This document shows, piece by piece, positions 27,571 to 34,894 of a DNA stretch of 64,000 bases. Each line of letters starts with the position of its first letter. Positions within the stretch are counted from its first letter, which is position 1. Source of the stretch: Beijerinckiaceae bacterium. Lineage in GTDB: Bacteria > Pseudomonadota > Alphaproteobacteria > Rhizobiales > Beijerinckiaceae. A model generated the notes under the pieces. The model saw only the letters and a program-made list of their open reading frames with translations. It ran no database searches and was not told the DNA's origin. The translations under genes and the position numbers were made by a program. The DNA lies in assembly GCA_965277735.1 (NCBI GenBank), contig CBDIDO010000003.1, positions 624,250 to 688,249 on the forward strand, written 5' to 3'.

Positions 27571-28946
27571 TCGGCGAGCCGTCGCGCGACCGCCCAGGTC
27601 TGGTGGCGGATGTCGGGGACGGCGACGATCTCCCAGAAGGCGCCCCTTGTGATCGGCCCGAGCGCCAGTAGCCAGGGCTGCGCCGACCCGTCGCGATCGA
27701 TCGTCCGCGACAGCTCGTCGACGTCGACGCCGATGCGCAGACGGTCCGGCCGAATCAGCCCACGCGCCACCAGGCCGCGCAGCAGCAGCTCGTCGGTAGC
27801 GAGCAGGTCGCCCTGAGGGCCGGTGCAATTGATGATGCGGCGCACGGCGAGCGCCCGCGTCGCCGTGTCGCCTCGCGGGCGCCAGGTCACCCGAGTGCCC
27901 GTGCTGGCCGCCTCGACCGAGACGAGCTTGCCGGCGGCGATCTCGAGCCGGCCGTCGGCCTGCATCTTCGCGATCTTTTCCGCCACCTGCGGCGCGATGC
28001 GGTGGCGGTGCACGTCCCACCAGGGGCGCAGGTGGCGCAGGAAGCGCCGGCGCTGCGCGAGATCGGCGTCGCGCCACATCGCCTGCGTGAACGGCCGCAG
28101 CTCGTCCACGGCGGCGTGCCAGCCGACGGCGTCGGCGCGCGCCCGGACGGACCGCACGAGATGCGCGCAGGTCGACGCCGGCGCGGCCTTGAGCTTCGAG
28201 GGCGCCATCTGCGCGCCGGCATGGGCGCGTGGTGCCAGGCCGCGGCGCGACAGCGCGACGATCTTGCCGCCGAACCCTTCCGCCTCGAGCATGAGGGCGA
28301 CGTCGATCATCGTCAGGCCGGTGCCGATCGTGAGCACGACGTCGTCGTCGGTGAGCCCGGCGGCGATCGGCTGCGTCCACGGGCATTGCGCATAGGCGTC
28401 GCTCGGCAGCGCCACGTCGTCGAGGCCGGCCGGCGAGTAGGGCATCAGGTTGCCGACGGCGAGCACGACGGCATCGGCGTCGAGCGTGCGGCCGTCGGCG
28501 AGATGGACGCGCGCGGCCTCGCCGTCGCGGGTGACATCGCGCGCCTCGCCCTCGACGATCGTGAGCCGGCCGCCGGACGCGGCCGCAGCCTCCGCGAGCA
28601 GCCCGGCGAGGTAGTCGCCATAGACGAGCCGCGGCGCGAAGCCGCTGGCGAGCTCCGGATGGCGCTCCGACAGCCAGCGGACGAAATGATCGGGATCGTC
28701 CGGGAACGCGCTCATGTTGCCGGCGCGGACGTTGAGGACGTGGTCGCGGTGGGCCGCCGAATAGGCAATGCCGCGGCCGGGATGTGCCCGCCGCTCGACG
28801 ATCGTCGCCGTCGCGGCGCCGTAGCGCAGCAGGTTGATCGCCTGCAGCGCGCCCGCGAAGCCGCCGCCGACGATGACGACATGCGGGGCGGCGCCGACCC
28901 GGGTCGATGCGTTCATCTCTGGCGCGGCTCGCAACGTCGCATTCAT
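27534..28946 (-). CDS. FAD/NAD(P)-binding domain protein (pyridine nucleotide-disulfide/NAD_binding_9-like)
   Basis: 470 aa with the dinucleotide fold HVVIVGGGFAG near the N-terminus. Its 3' end overlaps the convergent TetR gene by 37 nt. Confidence 0.7.
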   Translation of the reverse strand: MNATLRAAPEMNASTRVGAAPHVVIVGGGFAGALQAINLLRYGAATATIVERRAHPGRGIAYSAAHRDHVLNVRAGNMSAFPDDPDHFVRWLSERHPELASGFAPRLVYGDYLAGLLAEAAAASGGRLTIVEGEARDVTRDGEAARVHLADGRTLDADAVVLAVGNLMPYSPAGLDDVALPSDAYAQCPWTQPIAAGLTDDDVVLTIGTGLTMIDVALMLEAEGFGGKIVALSRRGLAPRAHAGAQMAPSKLKAAPASTCAHLVRSVRARADAVGWHAAVDELRPFTQAMWRDADLAQRRRFLRHLRPWWDVHRHRIAPQVAEKIAKMQADGRLEIAAGKLVSVEAASTGTRVTWRPRGDTATRALAVRRIINCTGPQGDLLATDELLLRGLVARGLIRPDRLRIGVDVDELSRTIDRDGSAQPWLLALGPITRGAFWEIVAVPDIRHQTWAVARRLADQLALDASRRGA

Positions 28947-29076
28947 CTCTCGCCGGTTCCCTGCATTGCATGCGCCATGCCGGGCCGCTAAGGCGATTCC
29001 AGGGCAAGTCCGGCCCCGGTTGAACGGCCCAGCTCGATGAGCTAGGCGGAGTGACTTGAAAGCCTCGGAGATCCCT

Positions 29077-30069
29077 ATGCTCGATCCGACGCACGCCCGC
29101 GCTCATGGTCAGCTCCGCCACGATTGGAGCGTCGACGAGATCGTCGCGATTCACGATCAGCCGCTGCTCGACCTCGTCGCCGAGGCGAATGCGGTGCATC
29201 GCGCCAACCACGATCCGTCCGACGTGCAGAAGGCGAGCCTGCTGTCGATCAAGACCGGCGGCTGCCCCGAGGATTGCGCCTATTGCCCGCAATCGGCGCA
29301 CCATAAGGAGGTCAAGCTCGACCGCGTCGACCTGATGGATGCCGACGAGGTGCTCTCGCTGGCGACGCGCGCCCGCGCGGCCGGCGCCGACCGCTTCTGC
29401 ATGGGCGCCGCCTGGCGCAGCGTGCGCGACGGCAAGGAATTCGACGCGGTGCTGAAGATGGTCGAGGGCGTGCGCGCGCTCGGCATGGAAGCTTGCGTGA
29501 CGCTCGGCATGCTGAACGATGCCCAGGCCGGCCGGCTCAAGGAGGCGGGGCTCACCGCCTACAACCACAACCTCGATACCGGCCCCGAATTCTACGACAA
29601 GATCATCTCGACGCGCACCTACGACGACCGCCTGGAGACGCTGCGCGCCGTGCGTGGCGCCGGCATCGAGATGTGCTGCGGCGGCATCATCGGCATGGGC
29701 GAGGCCGTGCGCGATCGCGCGGCGATGCTGCAGGTGCTCGCCTCGTTCGACCCGCATCCCGAGAGCGTGCCGATCAACGCGCTGGTGCCGGTCGCCGGCA
29801 CGCCGCTCGCGAAGAAGGCCAAGGTCGAGCCGCTCGATCTCGTGCGGATGATTGCCACCGCGCGCATCGTGATGCCGGGCGCCCGCGTGCGGCTCTCGGC
29901 CGGGCGCTCGAGCCTGTCGACCGAGGCGCAGGTGCTCTGCATGACAGCGGGCGCGAACTCGATTTTCTACGGCGAGACGCTGCTGACAACGCCGAACGCC
30001 GAGGTCGGCGAGGACGACGTCCTGTTCGCCGCGCTCGCCGCCCGCGCGCCGGCTGCCGCGACGGCTTGA
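29077..30069 (+). CDS. bioB: biotin synthase
   Basis: Radical-SAM motif [11 protein letters not shown], plus YNHNLDT and the rest of the BioB layout. The ATG at 29077 is preceded by GGAG; a TTG at 29056 is an alternative start. Confidence 0.95.
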   Translation: MLDPTHARAHGQLRHDWSVDEIVAIHDQPLLDLVAEANAVHRANHDPSDVQKASLLSIKTGGCPEDCAYCPQSAHHKEVKLDRVDLMDADEVLSLATRARAAGADRFCMGAAWRSVRDGKEFDAVLKMVEGVRALGMEACVTLGMLNDAQAGRLKEAGLTAYNHNLDTGPEFYDKIISTRTYDDRLETLRAVRGAGIEMCCGGIIGMGEAVRDRAAMLQVLASFDPHPESVPINALVPVAGTPLAKKAKVEPLDLVRMIATARIVMPGARVRLSAGRSSLSTEAQVLCMTAGANSIFYGETLLTTPNAEVGEDDVLFAALAARAPAAATA

Positions 30070-30080
30070 CGGCACGCCCG

Positions 30081-31562
30081 ATGGCCGTGCTCGCCGCGCT
30101 CGCAAGACGCTGGCGGCGCCGCCGCCAGATGAAGCAGATCGCGGCGAGCGGCGCCTTCGACGCGGCCTGGTACCTGCGGCGCTATCCCGATGTCGTCGCG
30201 GCCGACGTGGATCCGCTGCGCCACTTCGTCGAATCCGGCTGCCACGAGGGCCGCTTCCCGAATCCGATCTTCGACACCGACTGGTACGTCTCGGAATATC
30301 TGCCAAGCGACACGCGGACCAACGCGCTGCTCGACTATGTCGGCCGCGGCTGGCGTCGCGGGCGGCGCCCCAACCGATGGCTCGATCCCGCCTGGTATCG
30401 CGACAAGGTCGGCCTCGCCGCGTCGCGCGATCCGATGGCGCATTACCTTGCGGCCGGCCGCGATGCGATGGCACCGGGCCCGACGATCGACCCAGCGGCG
30501 CTCGCGCGCGATCATGCCGATCTCGGGGGCGACGGCACGCCGCTCGGCTTCGTGCTCAACACCTATCGCGTCTGCGGCGATCTCGACGCCTGCACGTCCT
30601 ACTATGTCGCGGCCTGGGTCGCGCGCCGCGCCGGCCCGCAGATCGTCGTCACCGTCGTCGTCAACGGCCAGCCCGTCGGCGAGGTGATTCCGTGGATCGC
30701 GCGGCCCGACGTGAAGCGCACGCTCGGTCTCGACGGCCTCGGCTTTTGCTTCGTCTTTCCGACGCGGCTGGCGCATGGCGACGTCGTCTCGCTGCGCGAC
30801 GAGCTGGGCCAGACCCTGATCGGCTGCGTGACGACCTACGAGGTGCCGGCGCTCGACTCGACCGCGGACTTCTATCCGAACCGCGCGGCGATCGCCGCGA
30901 CGTTCCTGAAAGGGCGAGGAGTCGAGATCGGCGCCTTCTCGCAGCCCAACGACTTGCCGCCCGATCGCGAGATCGCCTTCTACGACCGCTATCCCGCCGC
31001 GACGCTGCGCGAGGTCTACGATGCCGATTGCGGGCGCCCGCTGATGGAGCCGGATTACGTCGGTCAGGCCGAGACGCTCGACGGCCTGCCCGACGCGGCG
31101 TTCGACTTCGTCATCGCCAATCACGTGATCGAGCACCTGCAGGACCCGATCCTGTTTCTGAAAAGCATCGACCGCAAGCTCGCACCGGGCGGTCGCGCGA
31201 TGATCGCCGCGCCGGACAAGCGCTTCTGCATGGACAAGACGCGCTCGCTCACCCCCTTCGATCATCTCGTCGAGGATCACGAGGGGACGCAGAGCGTGTC
31301 GCACCAGCGCGCGCATTTCGTCCGCTATTTCGCCGAGGCGGGCGGACAGGATGCGGCCACCGCGGCGGCGAGCGCGACGGCGGCGGACATGAGCGACATT
31401 CGTTTTCACTACCACGTCTGGGATGCCGAGACGTTCGCCGGCTTCATCGTGGCGACGATCGAGCGGTACCGCTTGCCGCTCGCGCCGATCCACACGCGGG
31501 CGACGGAGGCGGACATCATCGTCGTGCTCGAGAAGACGCCCACCGCCACCGGCGCGGTTTGA
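30081..31562 (+). CDS. three-part protein: N-terminal ~35-aa repeats, middle beta-rich domain, C-terminal class I SAM-methyltransferase-like domain (paralogue 1)
   Basis: 493 aa starting 12 nt after bioB. Methyltransferase-like block GVEIGAF...FDFVIANHVIEHLQDPILFLKSIDRKLAPGGRAMIAAPDKRF...HYHVW. About half of its residues are identical to the next gene by eye. Confidence 0.7.
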   Translation: MAVLAALARRWRRRRQMKQIAASGAFDAAWYLRRYPDVVAADVDPLRHFVESGCHEGRFPNPIFDTDWYVSEYLPSDTRTNALLDYVGRGWRRGRRPNRWLDPAWYRDKVGLAASRDPMAHYLAAGRDAMAPGPTIDPAALARDHADLGGDGTPLGFVLNTYRVCGDLDACTSYYVAAWVARRAGPQIVVTVVVNGQPVGEVIPWIARPDVKRTLGLDGLGFCFVFPTRLAHGDVVSLRDELGQTLIGCVTTYEVPALDSTADFYPNRAAIAATFLKGRGVEIGAFSQPNDLPPDREIAFYDRYPAATLREVYDADCGRPLMEPDYVGQAETLDGLPDAAFDFVIANHVIEHLQDPILFLKSIDRKLAPGGRAMIAAPDKRFCMDKTRSLTPFDHLVEDHEGTQSVSHQRAHFVRYFAEAGGQDAATAAASATAADMSDIRFHYHVWDAETFAGFIVATIERYRLPLAPIHTRATEADIIVVLEKTPTATGAV

Positions 31563-31569
31563 GCGTGCC

Positions 31570-33018
31570 GTGAAATCGCCCGCGCGCGCCTGGCGGCACT
31601 GGCGTCTCCGCCGCCTGATCGCGACGAGCGGCGCGTTCGATCGCGGCTGCTACTTCGCGGCCAACCCCGACGTCGCCGCCGCTGGCGTCAATGCGCTCGA
31701 CCATTATATCGGCGCGGGCGACCGCGAAGGGCGTCGTCCGAACCCGATCTTCGATCCCGATTGGTACCGCACCACCTATCTCGGCGGCGACGCGCGCCGC
31801 AACACGCTCGCCGATTATCTGCGACATGCTCGGTCCGTTGAGGTGCGCAATCCCAACAGATGGTTTGACATTAATCATTATCGATCTGAGACCGGGATCA
31901 GCACACGCGTCGATCCGATGCGGCATTACCTCGTCACGGGCCGCGACGCGACAGACCCGAGCCCCGATTTCGACTTCGACGAGCTGCGCCGCCGCTTTCC
32001 CGATCTCGGCGGCCACGCCACGCCGCTCGCGTTCCTACTCAACGACTATCGCGTCGCCGGCCGCATCGATGCGTGCACTTCCTACTACGTGTCGGGATGG
32101 GCGAGCCGCCGCGCCGGTCCACGCATCGAGATCATCGTGATGGTCAACGGCCGCGAGCAGGGCCGCGTCGTGCCCTGGGTCGCGCGCGACGACATCCGCT
32201 CTGTGCTCGACAACGGCGCGCTCGGCTTCTTCTTCTCCTTCCCGACGCGGCTCGCCAGCGGCGACAAAGTCGACTTGCGCGACGATCTCGGCGAGACGAT
32301 CGTGGGGCGCCGAACGACCTATCGCGTGCGGCCGCTGGGCGATAGCGACGCGCTCTACGAGAACCGCGCGTCCATCGCCGCGGGCTTTCTTTTCGGCAGC
32401 GGTGTCGAGATCGGCGCGTTCACCCAGCCGACCGATCTGCCGCCGGACCGGCACGTCACCTTCTTCGATCGCTTCGGCCCGGCGCGACTGCGCACGATCT
32501 ACAACGAGAGCTGGTGCCGCCCGCTGATCGAGCCCGACGTGGTCGGCGAGGCGGCGACGCTCGAGGGCCTTGCCGACGCTGGCTACGACTTCCTTATCGC
32601 CAATCACGTGCTCGAGCATCTCGAAGATCCGATCGGCTTCCTCGGCCGGGTCGCGGACAAGCTCAAGGCCGGCGGGCGCGCGATGATCGCGGTGCCCGAC
32701 ATGCGCTACGGCGACGACCGCATCCGGGCACTGACCCCCTTCGAGGATCTCGTCGCCGACCACGAGCAGGGACCGGAGCGCAGCCGTTTCGATCATTATC
32801 TCGAGGACGCCGCGATCAAGGGCCTCGCGGGCGATGCGGCCTTGGCGCACGCGCGCAAGATCGCGGCGGACACGACGCTGGTGCACTATCACGTCTGGGA
32901 CGCGCCGCACTTCCTGGCCTTCGTCGGCGCCGCGATCGCGCAGTACGCGCTGCCGCTGAAACGCGTGCACGACTCGGCCTCGGTGCACGAGATCATCGTC
33001 GTGCTGGAGAAAAGCTGA
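31570..33018 (+). CDS. paralogue 2 of the repeat/methyltransferase-like protein
   Basis: 482 aa. The GTG start is 8 nt after the paralogue 1 stop. Same architecture (GVEIGAF...YDFLIANHVLEHLEDPIGFL...GGRAMIAVPDMRY...HYHVW). Confidence 0.7.
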   Translation: MKSPARAWRHWRLRRLIATSGAFDRGCYFAANPDVAAAGVNALDHYIGAGDREGRRPNPIFDPDWYRTTYLGGDARRNTLADYLRHARSVEVRNPNRWFDINHYRSETGISTRVDPMRHYLVTGRDATDPSPDFDFDELRRRFPDLGGHATPLAFLLNDYRVAGRIDACTSYYVSGWASRRAGPRIEIIVMVNGREQGRVVPWVARDDIRSVLDNGALGFFFSFPTRLASGDKVDLRDDLGETIVGRRTTYRVRPLGDSDALYENRASIAAGFLFGSGVEIGAFTQPTDLPPDRHVTFFDRFGPARLRTIYNESWCRPLIEPDVVGEAATLEGLADAGYDFLIANHVLEHLEDPIGFLGRVADKLKAGGRAMIAVPDMRYGDDRIRALTPFEDLVADHEQGPERSRFDHYLEDAAIKGLAGDAALAHARKIAADTTLVHYHVWDAPHFLAFVGAAIAQYALPLKRVHDSASVHEIIVVLEKS

Positions 33019-33025
33019 GCGCATC

Positions 33026-34684
33026 TCAGGCGACCGCGGCCGCCGCTGCGCGCCCCGCCACGCGGCCGGAGAACAGGCAGCCGCCGAGGAACGTGCCTTC
33101 CAGCGCCCGATAGCCGTGCATGCCGCCGCCGCCGAAGCCGGCCGCCTCGCCCGCGGCATAGAGGCCTTGGATCACGTTACCGTCGCGCCCGAGGACGCGG
33201 CCGTCGAGATCGCATTCGAAGCCGCCGAGCGTCTTGCGCGTGAGGATCGACAGACGCACCGCGATGAGCGGGCCGTGCGCGGGATCGAGGATGCGGTGCG
33301 GCTTCGCCGTGCGCACCAGCTTCTCGGGGAGCGCGCGCCGCGCATTCATGATGCCCATCACCTGCGCGTCCTTCGAGAACGGATTGTCGACCTCGCGATC
33401 GCGCGCGACGATCTCGGCCTCAAGCGCGGCGGGATCGATGCGCGCGTTGCCGGCGATCGCGTTCATGCCGGCGACGAGCGCGGCAAGATCGTCGCGCACG
33501 ACGAAGTCGGCGCCATGCTCCTTGAAGGCCTCGACCGGCGCCGCAGCCTTCTTGCCGAAGGCGCGGCTCAGCGTGAGACGCCAGTCCTTGTTGGTGATGT
33601 CGGGGTTCTGCTCAGAGCCCGACAGCGCGAACTCCTTCTTGACGATCGATTGCGTGGTGACAAACCACGTGTAGTCGGCGCCCGACTTGCAGATGTGCTC
33701 GAGCGTGGTGAGCGAATCATAGCCGGGATAGCAGGGCGCCGGCAGCCGCTTGCCGAAGGCGTCGAACCAGAGCGACGACGGGCCAGGAATGATGCGGATG
33801 CCGTGGTTGGCCCAGATCGGGTCCCAGTTCTGCACGCCCTCGGTGTAGTGCCACATGCGGTCGCGGTTGATGAGGTTGCCGCCCGTCGCCTCGGTGATCG
33901 CGATCATGCGACCGTCGACATGCGCTGGCACGCCGGCGACCATGCGCAGCGGCGGCGGCCCGAGCCGCGCCGGCCAGTTCTCGCGCACGAGGTCGTGGTT
34001 GCCGCCGATGCCGCCGGACGCGAGGATCACAACTTGCGCGCGATGCTCGAAGCGGCCCGTCTCCGTTCGGTTGGTGGCAAAACCACGCGCGGCGGTGTCC
34101 GGCGCGAGCACGGCGCCGTGCACGCCCTCGACGTGGCCGTTGGTGACGAGGAAGCCGTCGACGCGGCGGCGGAAGGCGAAGGATATCAGGCCCTTCGTCT
34201 CGGCCTCCCGCGCGCGGCGCACGAACGGCGCCAGCACGCCCGGCCCGGTGCCCCAGGTGACATGGAAGCGCGGCACCGAATTGCCGGGGCCTGTCGCATG
34301 GCCGCCGCCGCGCTCGGCCCAGCCGACGACGGGGAAGACGCGCAGGCCCATCGCGTGCAGCCAGGCGCGCTTCTCGCCCGCGGCGAAGGCGACATAGGCT
34401 TCCGCCCAGCGACGCGGCCAATGGTCCTCGTCGCGGTCGAAGCCGGCGGTGCCGCACCAGTCTTGCCAGGCGAGCGCGTGCGAGTCGCGGATGCGCAGGC
34501 GCCGCTGCTCGGGACTGTCGACGAGGAACAGGCCGCCGAGCGACCAGAAAGCCTGGCCGCCGAGGTTCTGCTCGGGCTCCTGGTCCAGCACGAGGACGCG
34601 CCGGCCGGCATCGGCGAGCTCGGTCGCCGCGACGAGCCCGGCGAGGCCCGCGCCGATGACGATGGCATCCGCGTCTTCGCTCAT
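33026..34684 (-). CDS. FAD-binding dehydrogenase (fumarate reductase/KsdD-like flavoprotein family)
   Basis: Contains DAIVIGAGLAGLVAATELADAGRRVLVLDQE and a C-terminal GLYAAGEAAGFGGGG motif. I prefer the ATG at 34684 (MSEDADA...); an in-frame ATG at 34723 is the alternative. Confidence 0.8.
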   Translation of the reverse strand: MSEDADAIVIGAGLAGLVAATELADAGRRVLVLDQEPEQNLGGQAFWSLGGLFLVDSPEQRRLRIRDSHALAWQDWCGTAGFDRDEDHWPRRWAEAYVAFAAGEKRAWLHAMGLRVFPVVGWAERGGGHATGPGNSVPRFHVTWGTGPGVLAPFVRRAREAETKGLISFAFRRRVDGFLVTNGHVEGVHGAVLAPDTAARGFATNRTETGRFEHRAQVVILASGGIGGNHDLVRENWPARLGPPPLRMVAGVPAHVDGRMIAITEATGGNLINRDRMWHYTEGVQNWDPIWANHGIRIIPGPSSLWFDAFGKRLPAPCYPGYDSLTTLEHICKSGADYTWFVTTQSIVKKEFALSGSEQNPDITNKDWRLTLSRAFGKKAAAPVEAFKEHGADFVVRDDLAALVAGMNAIAGNARIDPAALEAEIVARDREVDNPFSKDAQVMGIMNARRALPEKLVRTAKPHRILDPAHGPLIAVRLSILTRKTLGGFECDLDGRVLGRDGNVIQGLYAAGEAAGFGGGGMHGYRALEGTFLGGCLFSGRVAGRAAAAAVA

Positions 34685-34726
34685 GAGATCGTCCGCTCCC
34701 CAGTGCGTTTCAAAACCCGACATTCA

Positions 34727-34818
34727 GACGTCAGGATGCGTCAGGCGTCAGGCTTGGGCCACGGTCGAAAGCTTCGTGAAGTCCACATTTAGGCGTCACC
34801 ATGCGTCACGCGTCACTG
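34727..34818. repeat. two 27-nt direct repeats, each built from three CGTCA pentamers (candidate operator/leader elements)
   Basis: 34727-34753 is GACGTCAGGATGCGTCAGGCGTCAGGC. 34792-34818 is GGCGTCACCATGCGTCACGCGTCACTG. 20 of the first 24 positions are identical. They lie upstream of the FAD dehydrogenase gene. Confidence 0.5.
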
Positions 34819-34828
34819 CCATGAGGTA

Positions 34829-34857
34829 TTTATACCTTATCGGCGCGGCTGCGACAA
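34829..34857 (-). promoter_or_regulatory. candidate sigma-70 promoter TTGTCG-N17-TATAAA for the FAD dehydrogenase gene
   Basis: Read on the minus strand: -35 TTGTCG (34852-34857), a 17-nt spacer, -10 TATAAA (34829-34834). The -10 lies inside the palindrome AGGTATTTATACCT. Confidence 0.3.
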
Positions 34858-34894
34858 ACGCAGATCGCTCCCGGAACAACGGACCGCGGACGCC

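Noticed and set aside
26905-30474. 1189-aa minus-strand ORF across the TetR, FAD-binding protein, bioB and methyltransferase loci
   Set aside because: Only the segment corresponding to 27534..28946 in another frame is a real gene. This frame gives Arg-rich low-complexity sequence and is antisense to bioB, whose identity is unambiguous.
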